Source: Verrucomicrobiota bacterium (GTDB taxonomy: Bacteria; Verrucomicrobiota; Verrucomicrobiia; Verrucomicrobiales; DEV007). Taken from it: a stretch of 19,499 nucleotides of DNA. A model generated the notes under the pieces. The model saw only the letters and a program-made list of their open reading frames with translations. It was not told the DNA's origin and did not search any database. The DNA is taken from the NCBI GenBank assembly GCA_045046875.1, contig JASFYY010000157.1:1-19499 (forward strand), in the 5' to 3' direction. This document shows positions 1 through 7,321 of the stretch, piece by piece. Within the stretch, counting starts at the first letter, position 1; every line of letters starts with the position of its first letter. The translations under genes were made by a program, and so were the position numbers.

Positions 1-2
1 AA

Positions 3-1814
3 CAAGCTTCAGAGTGGACGGTGGCGGATCCGGTTAAGGTTGTATCATCAGGGCGGCAAACGCTGAGCAAACAGGATGATCTGTCTGTGCTCGTCTCTGG
101 GAAAAACCCTGCAAAGGACAATTATAAAATCACATTGAAAGGGAAAGGTCGGGTGCGGGCGATTCGACTTGAGGCTCTGACCCATGGATCGCTCACCAAT
201 AAGAGTTCTTCACGGGCGAATGGAAATTTTGTTCTCACTAACTTCATCGTGAAACAAGGAGGCAAAGCCGTTTTGATTGTCTCGGCCAAAGCGGATTATG
301 AGCAAGACAGCTGGCCAATCGCCAATACTCTGGACGGAAAAAAACACACAGGTTGGGCGATTGATGGGCACAAAAAATCTAAAGATCATGTCGCGATCTT
401 TGTTTTGAAACAGCCTCTCGATCTTGGTGAGAGCGGAGAGTTGATCGTCGAACTTCAGCATCAGTCCTCTCATGCCAAGCACAACATTGGACGATTTCGC
501 CTGTCACTGACCGATTCGAAAACGCCCGCTCTGTCGGGAGGAATCAGCTTGCCGCCTGAATTGATGGTGGCGCTCAAACAGCCCGTAGACCAACTTGATG
601 GCAAACAGAAAAAGGCTCTGACGGGTTATTATCAGGGCATCGCCCCGCTGCTGGAGGATGCGCGTAAGCAAATGGCCGGATGGCAGAAAGAATTGGAAAA
701 TGTCGAAGGCGGGGTGCAGACTTTATTGGTCTCCGAAGCTCTAGCCGAGCCACGTATGACCCGCATCTTGAATCGCGGCAGTTGGCTCGACAAAGAAGGC
801 GAGATTGTGCAACCCGCGGTGCCGGCTTTTTTACCGATGGATAAAGGGGATGCGGTGACGGCCGGTCAACGTGCCACGCGACTTGATCTGGCTGAGTGGA
901 TCATGGGTGAGAGTAATCCGTTGACCTCACGAACCTTTGCCAATCGCATGTGGAAATTGTTTTTTGGTAGCGGCATCTCCCGCGATCTGACGGATCTGGG
1001 AGGCCAGGGAAAACCGCCCACCCATCCTGAGCTGCTCAACTGGCTGGCGGTGGATTTTCGTGAAAATGGCTGGGATATCAAACATCTGGTGAAAACCATT
1101 TTGATGTCTAAAACTTACCGGCAGGTTTCGACGGTCACAGCGGAGTTGGCAAAAATAGATCCTGATAATCAACTGTGGGGGCGGCAGGGGCGATGGCGCA
1201 TCGAAGCGGAGTTTGTCCGTGACAGTGCGTTGACCATGGCGGGTTTGTTGGTCAAGCAACAGGGGGGTAGAAGTGTGAAGCCACTGCAACCGGCTGGGTA
1301 TTGGCAGAATTTGAATTTCCCCAAACGCAAATGGGAAGCCGGGCAAGGAGCGGATTTGCATCGCCGTGGTTTGTATACCTTTTGGTGTCGCTCTTTTCCT
1401 CACCCGGCGATGGCGGCCTTTGACGCACCGAGTCGCGAGGAATGCACCGCTGAGCGTCCGCGGTCCAATATCCCGCAGCAGGCTTTGGTATTGTTGAATG
1501 ACCCTGTGTTTGTGGAAGCCGCGCGGGCTTTTGGTGCGCGCATTGAACAGCAAGGTGGCGATTCGCTTGAAGCTAAATTGAAATGGGCGTGGTTGTCGGC
1601 GACGGCACGGCAGCCGACGAGCGAGGAGTTGGCAGTTTTGAGTGAACTGTATCAACAACAGAAGGCGCGTTATTCGGCGGATCAAGCTGCAGCGAAGGGA
1701 TTGTTGGGGCTAGCCGATCGACCGGTTGACCCGGCGGTGATTGGCGAGGCTGCGGCTTGGACTTCGGTGGCCCGGACTATTTTTAATGCTTACGAAGTCA
1801 CTTCGAGGTTTTGA
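3..1814 (+). CDS. PSD1/DUF1553 domain protein (planctomycete cytochrome c / DUF1549-DUF1553 family), 5'-truncated, with a discoidin/F5-8-like insert
   Basis: The frame is open from position 3 (caa gct tca gag tgg acg gtg), so the true start lies upstream of the window. C-terminal motifs are typical of DUF1553: RLDLAEWI..NPLTSRTFANRMW..FG.G, PTHPELLNWLA, W.IKHLVK.I..S.TYRQ, R.EAEFVRD, FDAPSRE.C..R.RSN.PQQAL.LLNDP.FVEAAR. ADYEQ..WPI.NTLDG...TGWAI resembles the discoidin-like insert. It sits directly upstream of a DUF1501 gene, the usual pairing. Confidence 0.9.
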   Translation, partial: QASEWTVADPVKVVSSGRQTLSKQDDLSVLVSGKNPAKDNYKITLKGKGRVRAIRLEALTHGSLTNKSSSRANGNFVLTNFIVKQGGKAVLIVSAKADYEQDSWPIANTLDGKKHTGWAIDGHKKSKDHVAIFVLKQPLDLGESGELIVELQHQSSHAKHNIGRFRLSLTDSKTPALSGGISLPPELMVALKQPVDQLDGKQKKALTGYYQGIAPLLEDARKQMAGWQKELENVEGGVQTLLVSEALAEPRMTRILNRGSWLDKEGEIVQPAVPAFLPMDKGDAVTAGQRATRLDLAEWIMGESNPLTSRTFANRMWKLFFGSGISRDLTDLGGQGKPPTHPELLNWLAVDFRENGWDIKHLVKTILMSKTYRQVSTVTAELAKIDPDNQLWGRQGRWRIEAEFVRDSALTMAGLLVKQQGGRSVKPLQPAGYWQNLNFPKRKWEAGQGADLHRRGLYTFWCRSFPHPAMAAFDAPSREECTAERPRSNIPQQALVLLNDPVFVEAARAFGARIEQQGGDSLEAKLKWAWLSATARQPTSEELAVLSELYQQQKARYSADQAAAKGLLGLADRPVDPAVIGEAAAWTSVARTIFNAYEVTSRF

Positions 1815-1847
1815 GTTGTGATGTTTAACTTTTATTATATGACACGG

Positions 1848-1870
1848 GGCAAGCGAAGCGTCCGCCCTAC
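1848..1870 (-). repeat. GTAG-type REP-like palindrome (copy 1)
   Basis: Minus strand reads GTAGGGCGGACGCTTCGCTTGCC: a GTAG tetranucleotide followed by a GC-rich hairpin with a CTT loop. It is intergenic and 21/23 identical to 7294-7316. Confidence 0.75.
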
Positions 1871-1907
1871 AAAATTAACGATTCAAGCAGCCTGATTTTT
1901 TAATATT

Positions 1908-3311
1908 ATGAATTTTGATCATCTTATCAATCGCCGGTCTTTTCTTGGTCAGGCCAGTGTGGGCATTGGTTCGCTGGCTTTGACTTCGCAGTTGTTGGCG
2001 GAGTCGGGGGCGGAATCCAAGTGGATGGGAGCGATCAAACCGCATCATTCGCCACGAGCCAAACGGGTTATTTTTCTGTGCATGGCGGGCGGGCCCTCCC
2101 ATCTGGAGACTCTTGATTACAAACCGCAGTTGGCCAAGATGGATGGCAAAGCGATGCCGGCATCTATCACCAAAGGTCAACCTATTGCCCAGTTGCAAGG
2201 AAAAGAGCTGAAGTGTTTCGGGCCGCAGCGGGAGTTCAAAGCCTACGGCAAATCGGGACTGATGATGGCGGATGTGTTCCCCCACATTGGCAAACATGCG
2301 GATGATCTGGCGATTATCAATTCACTGCGCACCGAGCAGATCAACCATGATCCTGCGCATACTTTCATGAATACTGGAACCCAGATTTCCGGACGCCCCT
2401 GCATGGGTTCGTGGATCAATTACGGGCTGGGAAGTGAGTCACAAGACTTGCCCGGTTTTGTGGTGCTGACTTCAGTGGGAGGAGGGCAGAGCCAACCGAT
2501 TGCCGCCCGTCAGTGGCACAGTGGTTTTTTGCCGAGTCGTTTCCAGGGGGTGCAGTTTCATTCTTCCGGTGATCCAGTGCTCTACGTGGGTAATCCAAAA
2601 GGAGTCAGCCGCAAGGATCAACGCCGTGTGGTCGATGCGGTCAACTCGCTCAATCGTCTGCGCAATAAAAAGGTGGCCGATCCGGAGATTGCGGCCAAGA
2701 TCACGCAATATGAAATGGCTTTTAAAATGCAGAGCAGCGTGCCTGAACTGGTGGATGTCTCGAATGAACCTAAAAGCATACTCGATCGCTACGGAGCCAA
2801 ACCGGGCGACGGCTCATTCGCCAGTAATTGTCTGTTGGCACGGCGCTTGGCGGAGCGCGGGGTGCGCTTTATTCAGCTTTATCATCGTGGATGGGATCAT
2901 CATGGTGGGGTGAAAAAGGGAATTGAATCCACGGCCAAGCTGGTGGATCAGGGGACGGGGGCTTTGCTTGAGGATCTCAAACAGCGAGGCATGTTGAAAG
3001 ACACTCTGGTGATCTGGGGAGGAGAGTTCGGTCGCACTCCGATGGCACAGGGCAGTGGTCGGGATCACCATATCAAGGGTTTTTCGATTTGGATGGCAGG
3101 AGGTGGTATCAAAGGCGGGATCAAATATGGCTCGACCGATGATTTTGGTTATGATGCGGTCGAGGACGTGGTTAATGTGCGTGACCTGCATGCGACGATG
3201 TTGCATCAACTGGGCATTGACCATAAACGGTTTTCATTCAAAAACCAGGGTCTCGATATGCGGCTGACCGGAGTGGAGCACGCGCGAGTGGTGAAGGGGA
3301 TTTTGGCCTGA
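1908..3311 (+). CDS. DUF1501 domain protein (Tat-exported, alkaline phosphatase/sulfatase-like fold)
   Basis: Tat motif NRRSFLG plus hydrophobic stretch. Family motifs AKRVIFLCMAGGPSHLETLDYKP, GRPCMGSW..YGLG, CLLARRL.ERGVRFIQL, WDHH, GEFGRTP and GRDHH are present. Confidence 0.93.
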   Translation: MNFDHLINRRSFLGQASVGIGSLALTSQLLAESGAESKWMGAIKPHHSPRAKRVIFLCMAGGPSHLETLDYKPQLAKMDGKAMPASITKGQPIAQLQGKELKCFGPQREFKAYGKSGLMMADVFPHIGKHADDLAIINSLRTEQINHDPAHTFMNTGTQISGRPCMGSWINYGLGSESQDLPGFVVLTSVGGGQSQPIAARQWHSGFLPSRFQGVQFHSSGDPVLYVGNPKGVSRKDQRRVVDAVNSLNRLRNKKVADPEIAAKITQYEMAFKMQSSVPELVDVSNEPKSILDRYGAKPGDGSFASNCLLARRLAERGVRFIQLYHRGWDHHGGVKKGIESTAKLVDQGTGALLEDLKQRGMLKDTLVIWGGEFGRTPMAQGSGRDHHIKGFSIWMAGGGIKGGIKYGSTDDFGYDAVEDVVNVRDLHATMLHQLGIDHKRFSFKNQGLDMRLTGVEHARVVKGILA

Positions 3312-3315
3312 ACAG

Positions 3316-4317
3316 TTAATCCAAATCTCCTTTGCGGTAATAGTCAGCGGAAAAGTAAGCCCGCATGCCGAGATACATTCGATCGTTTTTGCTCTTCACG
3401 GTGATTTTTTCCCCATCAAAGAGGAACTCTATGGTGCAGGCTTTGCCCTCGATGAAGGATTCTTTGTCCGCATCGATAAAAAGGGCTTTGTTTTTTCCCC
3501 CTTCAACAAAGGGCGCAAAACCTTTGATGTCGCCGAGGTGAAAGGTTGGTCCCCGAACCACACTGAGGTTAAAATCCAGTCCAGTGCTTTTTGCGTTAAT
3601 TCGAGTCTCCAGCCAACCGCCTTTGCCATCCGTCCAGGAGCCGTCAACGCGGTGCTGGGGATTGCCTCCAGCGTAGATTTCTAAAAAGCGGCTTTGGGAC
3701 TCAGTTAGGTCGGCCATGACTTCCCAGTAATCGGCGCTTTTTTGCAGTTCTTTGAGGTCCTCACTATCACCTCTTGTCATTAACTGGTCTTGGTATTTTG
3801 CCATGTAATCCCGGTATTCAATCCAGCCCAGCTGTCGTTCACGCAGTTTTATTTTTTTAGCTTTGGCTAGTTGAATCATAAGGCGTGTGTACACATAATT
3901 GAGTTTGGCATCGGCCATGGTGTGCCGGGCGCGAACCAGCTTGAGCTGTTCGGCGTCACTAAGTGAATGATAAGAACCGCTGGGGTCGGGGGTGAGGGTT
4001 TCCCCTTGCACCATGACCGTTATTTTCACATCGCCAGATTGGCCGGGCAGTTTTTCCAAGGTGAGCTTCCCAATTTCTACAGCTTCGTCATCATTACCGC
4101 GGAATTCCATCAACGCTCCACGTTTGATTGCCCCGCCTGTCAAGGCTGCTGTAAAATCACGCTTTTTTGTTTGCAGGGTGCAGTCGAGTTTGCCATCAGA
4201 CGATGTCCAGATATCAAGGCTATTGCCATTGGGCCCGATGTAGCTCAGATCTCCGGCGGATGTGATGGAGCAAAGTCCAAAAGCGAGACAAAGTGAGAGA
4301 ATGTTTGCGTGAGGCAT
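3316..4317 (-). CDS. Secreted protein with a central lysozyme inhibitor LprI/DUF1311-like helical domain
   Basis: N-terminal signal peptide (ILSLCLAFGLCSITSA). The central ADAKLNYVY..LM..L....K.KLRERQLGWIEYRD matches the DUF1311/LprI pattern. The flanking domains are not recognised. Confidence 0.7.
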   Translation of the reverse strand: MPHANILSLCLAFGLCSITSAGDLSYIGPNGNSLDIWTSSDGKLDCTLQTKKRDFTAALTGGAIKRGALMEFRGNDDEAVEIGKLTLEKLPGQSGDVKITVMVQGETLTPDPSGSYHSLSDAEQLKLVRARHTMADAKLNYVYTRLMIQLAKAKKIKLRERQLGWIEYRDYMAKYQDQLMTRGDSEDLKELQKSADYWEVMADLTESQSRFLEIYAGGNPQHRVDGSWTDGKGGWLETRINAKSTGLDFNLSVVRGPTFHLGDIKGFAPFVEGGKNKALFIDADKESFIEGKACTIEFLFDGEKITVKSKNDRMYLGMRAYFSADYYRKGDLD

Positions 4318-4318
4318 G

Positions 4319-4351
4319 CTTTAGCATGGGTAAGGTTGCTAAAGAAGTCAA
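4319..4351 (-). promoter_or_regulatory. Putative sigma70-like leaderless promoter of the LprI-domain gene, overlapped by an 8-bp inverted repeat
   Basis: Minus strand reads TTGACT (4351-4346), 17 nt, CATGCT (4328-4323), 5 nt, ATG (4317). The inverted repeat CTTTAGCA (4319-4326) / TGCTAAAG (4337-4344) covers the spacer and the -10 box. Confidence 0.5.
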
Positions 4352-4377
4352 TGAAATCAGAGGGCAGGACTTAGGGC

Positions 4378-4665
4378 GGGTGTAAGACAAAATAGTTAAT
4401 CTGCGGGCCTCTATGCGTTTCGCCCTTTGCAGGGCTGGGAAAGTTGGATTTTTTACCCAGCGCTTCGCACTGGGCTATATCATTGAGCACCGTTGGTGCA
4501 AAAGAGATGAAAGCAAACTGTCCTGAAAGGACAAAATGTGATAGCCCGGTGCGAAGCGCTGGGGTTAAATCGTTTTTATTGCCAGCCCTAATAAGGGCGA
4601 CATGAGGTTGAGGTGTGATAAGGTAGCTTTCAATAACCAATGGCTAACTTTTTTGTCCTGCACCC
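4378..4665. mobile_element. 288-bp MITE (MITE-1) with 21-bp terminal inverted repeats and a 9-bp target-site duplication
   Basis: The left end GGGTGTAAGACAAAATAGTTA (4378-4398) and the reverse complement of the right end GGGTGCAGGACAAAAAAGTTA (4645-4665) match at 18/21. The perfect direct repeat ACTTAGGGC abuts both ends (4369-4377 and 4666-4674). There is no transposase ORF inside. Confidence 0.85.
4420..4600. repeat. Inverted doublet of triple-hairpin REP-like units (REPIN-like) inside MITE-1
   Basis: 4420-4438 vs reverse complement of 4582-4600 match at 16/19. 4456-4478 vs reverse complement of 4541-4563 match at 22/23 (CCCAGCGCTTCGCACTGGGCTAT). The small hairpins GCACC-GTT-GGTGC (4487-4499) and GTCCT-GAA-AGGAC (4520-4532) occupy mirror positions. 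The common centre is about 4510. Confidence 0.8.
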
Positions 4666-4670
4666 ACTTA

Positions 4671-4826
4671 GGGCCGCAGCAAAAATAGAATATCCCAAAC
4701 TACTTGCCTTTTTGATCTCCGTCTGCGTTCAAATTCTCTCACATAGCTCGCTATCATCGAGAATTTCGACTTAATGAAAATCAAAAATTCTGCGCATTTT
4801 GGGGTATCCATTAGTTGCCTCGACCC
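4671..4826. mobile_element. 156-bp palindromic MITE (MITE-2) flanked by TTA duplication, IS5-like ends
   Basis: The terminal 29 nt are inverted (20/29; GGGCCG.../...CGACCC). The internal arms TTTTTGAT/ATCAAAAA, AAATTCTC/GAGAATTT and ATAGC/GCTAT share the same centre (about 4748.5). TTA lies on both sides (4668-4670, 4827-4829). The IS5-like assignment is an inference from the 3-bp TTA duplication. Confidence 0.7.
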
Positions 4827-4834
4827 TTAGCCAC

Positions 4835-4862
4835 TTGTAGCGCGTTTTTTTTGTAGTAGAGT
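4835..4862 (+). promoter_or_regulatory. Putative leaderless promoter of the Tat Gfo/Idh/MocA gene
   Basis: TTGTAG (4835-4840), 16 nt, TAGAGT (4857-4862), 6 nt, ATG (4869). No Shine-Dalgarno sequence is evident. Confidence 0.4.
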
Positions 4863-4868
4863 GGACGC

Positions 4869-6167
4869 ATGAAACGTCGAGAATTCCTCAATCAAGCCGC
4901 CGCCACTACCCTCCTCACCACTGTTGCCGGGTCGGTATCTATTTCCAAATCCGTTGCCAAGCCCAATGACCGGATCAATATCGGGGTGATCGGGGTGGGC
5001 AAACAGGCTCGCTATTTGATGACGGTGGCGATGCGTTTACCCAAGGTGCAGATCGTTGCGGTGAGCGATGTGGTGAAGGAGCGCAAGGAGGATGCGGCTA
5101 GACTCGGCACGGAATTTTACACCAAAATGCATGGAGAGGACTACAAAGGCAGCATCAGTCAGCACGACGACTTTCGGGAGATCATTGCGCGTGATGACAT
5201 CGATGCGGTGATCGTTGGCACTCCGGATCACTGGCATGCGATTCCAGTGATCATGGCCGCTGATGCCAAGAAGGACATCTATTGTGAAAAACCGATCTCA
5301 CTGACGATCGAAGAAGGTCGCGCGATGGTCAATGCGGTGAAACGTAACAAAGTGGTGTTTCAGACCGGTAGTATGCAGCGCAGCGAATATGATGGGAAAT
5401 TTCGCATCGCCTGTGAACTGGTGCGCAGCGGGCGTATTGGAAAGGTTCTCAGTATCAATGTAGGAGTGGGTGACCCCAATCGACCGTGTGACCTTCCTAC
5501 AGAAAAAGTTCCGGCTGGTACCAACTGGGACATGTGGCAAGGGCCGACTCCCGACCGGGGATATAATGAAATTCTTTGTCCCAAGGGGATACATAATCAT
5601 TTCCCCCAATGGCGTCTCTACCGGGAATACGCGGGCGGGTCAGTGGCCGATATGGGAGCACACCATTTTGATATCGCCCAATGGGGACTCGGGATGGATG
5701 ATAGCGGTCCGGTGAAAATCATCCCGCCGACTGACGAAAAGGATTTGCGAGGGTTAAAACTCATTTACGCCAACGGAGTAGAGATGACCCATGGCGGGCC
5801 GAGTGGCACGACTTTCATTGGAACCGAGGGCGTTATCTCGGTGGATCGGGGTCATTTGACCACTATTCCCAATAATATGCGGGAAAAGAAACCGCTCGGC
5901 AAAGATGATGTGAAGCTGGAAGATACCGGTGGGCAGGCTCGGGTCAGTCACATGGGAAACTGGATTTACCGGATGCAGGATCGTGGGTTGTCGATTTGCC
6001 ACGCGGAAGTCGGTCACCGCAGCGCTTCGGTTTGTCATCTCACCAATATTGGGTATCAGCTTCGACGCGAACTGAACTGGGATCCTAAAGCAGAACGTTT
6101 TGCCAATGATGAGGCGGCCAATAAACTGCTCAGCCGTGAAATGCGCGGTGAATGGAAGCTTGGTTGA
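4869..6167 (+). CDS. Tat-exported Gfo/Idh/MocA family oxidoreductase
   Basis: Tat signal MKRREFL. Rossmann [44 protein letters not shown] and [12 protein letters not shown] are present. Confidence 0.93.
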   Translation: MKRREFLNQAAATTLLTTVAGSVSISKSVAKPNDRINIGVIGVGKQARYLMTVAMRLPKVQIVAVSDVVKERKEDAARLGTEFYTKMHGEDYKGSISQHDDFREIIARDDIDAVIVGTPDHWHAIPVIMAADAKKDIYCEKPISLTIEEGRAMVNAVKRNKVVFQTGSMQRSEYDGKFRIACELVRSGRIGKVLSINVGVGDPNRPCDLPTEKVPAGTNWDMWQGPTPDRGYNEILCPKGIHNHFPQWRLYREYAGGSVADMGAHHFDIAQWGLGMDDSGPVKIIPPTDEKDLRGLKLIYANGVEMTHGGPSGTTFIGTEGVISVDRGHLTTIPNNMREKKPLGKDDVKLEDTGGQARVSHMGNWIYRMQDRGLSICHAEVGHRSASVCHLTNIGYQLRRELNWDPKAERFANDEAANKLLSREMRGEWKLG

Positions 6168-6233
6168 GTTTTAGTGAGAACAATAATTTCACTGGAAAAA
6201 ATATAATATAACCTTATAGCTAAGAATAATCTA

Positions 6234-7241
6234 ATGTTACGTTTTGCCATAGCCGGTTTGCGGCACGTCCATATCAATGCCTTGATTGCTGAAATCAAAG
6301 CTCACGAGCACTGTGAAATTGTTGCCATCTCGGAAGAGGATGTCGCCAGTCGGGAGGCAGCCGATGACAGTCTGGATATCAATTATCAGTCCAACTCGGA
6401 GATGATTCAAAACGCCGACTTTGATGTGCTGGCGATTGGTGATTGTTTTGGCAAACGGGGAGCCATTGCTATTGAAGGTTTGAAAAATGGCAAACACATC
6501 CTGTCGGACAAACCGCTCTGCACTTGTCTGGATGAGCTAGAGCAAATCAAAACTCTGGCGGCTGCGGGCAGTCTTTCATTGGGGTTGATGCTCGACCTGC
6601 GTGATGCGGCTCCTTTTCTTACTTTGAGGGATTTGCTGAAAAGCGGTGAGTTGGGTGAAATCAAAACCATGCACATCAACGGCATGCACCCGCTGATGTA
6701 TGGGACGCGTCCCTCGTGGTTTTTTGAAAAAGGTTTGCACGGCGGCACCTTCAACGACATTGCCATTCATTTGGTTGATTACGTTCCCTGGCTTAGCGGC
6801 GAAGACTGGAGCGAGGTTTTGTCAGCTCACAGTTGGCACAGCGCTCCTGCGGACGCTCCATGGTTCATGGATTCGGCGCAGGCGATTGCAAAGTTGGATA
6901 AAATCACGGTGATGATGGATGTGTCCTACTGGCTTCCGGAATCCTCTCTTTACGCCACACCTTGTTATTGGCAGACGACCGTTTTTGGCAGCAAAGGCAT
7001 GGCTTCGATTGCTTACAATCAAGATCACCTTTCGGTGATTGGACCTGATAATGCGAGTCCTGAAAAACGTGAGCTCTTGCCAGCTAATCCCGGCCAGTAT
7101 TTCAGGGATTTTCTCGATGAGTTGGATGGCAAGCCCAATTTGGACGGCATTCACACCGAGTCTGTTTTGAAAGTTTCACGGCAATCTTTGTTGCTGCAGA
7201 AAATTTCCGATTCGGAAGTCAAGAGTGGCAGTATGGGCTGA
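6234..7241 (+). CDS. Cytoplasmic Gfo/Idh/MocA family oxidoreductase (DKP variant)
   Basis: LRFAIAGLRH.H Rossmann start, GKHILSDKP (EKP-motif variant), RPSWFF...HGG...DIAIHLVD. No signal peptide. Confidence 0.88.
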   Translation: MLRFAIAGLRHVHINALIAEIKAHEHCEIVAISEEDVASREAADDSLDINYQSNSEMIQNADFDVLAIGDCFGKRGAIAIEGLKNGKHILSDKPLCTCLDELEQIKTLAAAGSLSLGLMLDLRDAAPFLTLRDLLKSGELGEIKTMHINGMHPLMYGTRPSWFFEKGLHGGTFNDIAIHLVDYVPWLSGEDWSEVLSAHSWHSAPADAPWFMDSAQAIAKLDKITVMMDVSYWLPESSLYATPCYWQTTVFGSKGMASIAYNQDHLSVIGPDNASPEKRELLPANPGQYFRDFLDELDGKPNLDGIHTESVLKVSRQSLLLQKISDSEVKSGSMG

Positions 7242-7245
7242 CGTG

Positions 7246-7268
7246 TTTGATCTGCGGGGTAGGTCAAA
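7246..7268. terminator. Possible hairpin/terminator between convergent genes
   Basis: TTTGATCT-GCGGGGT-AGGTCAAA forms a stem with one G-U pair, 4 nt after the 7241 stop. There is no clear U-tract. Confidence 0.3.
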
Positions 7269-7293
7269 TGTAACCGGAGCGATCATGGGGATT

Positions 7294-7316
7294 GTAGGGC
7301 GAGCGCTTCGCTTGCC
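7294..7316 (+). repeat. GTAG-type REP-like palindrome (copy 2)
   Basis: GTAGGGCGAGCGCTTCGCTTGCC: GTAG plus the stem GGCGAGCG/CGCTTGCC with a CTT loop. It lies between convergent genes and is 21/23 identical to copy 1. Confidence 0.75.
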
Positions 7317-7321
7317 GTAGG

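Noticed and set aside
927..1685. 252-aa antisense ORF (and similar ones at 9399-10238, 13940-14632, 11446-12380)
   Set aside because: They lie on top of well-supported genes and have no recognisable motifs, so they are shadow or alternate-frame ORFs.
4371..4640. 89-aa minus-strand ORF within MITE-1 as a possible transposase remnant or small protein
   Set aside because: It has a TTG start and no recognisable transposase motifs, and it runs through palindromic repeat DNA, so it is most likely a chance ORF.
4420..4826. Clustered hairpins as a CRISPR array, tRNA or riboswitch
   Set aside because: The repeats are inverted rather than direct with unique spacers, no cas genes are present, and there is no cloverleaf. 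TIRs and target duplications explain the region better.
6168..6233. AT-rich spacer with TATAAT (6204-6209) as an internal promoter
   Set aside because: There is no convincing -35 at the proper spacing, and TATAAT is expected by chance in such AT-rich DNA.
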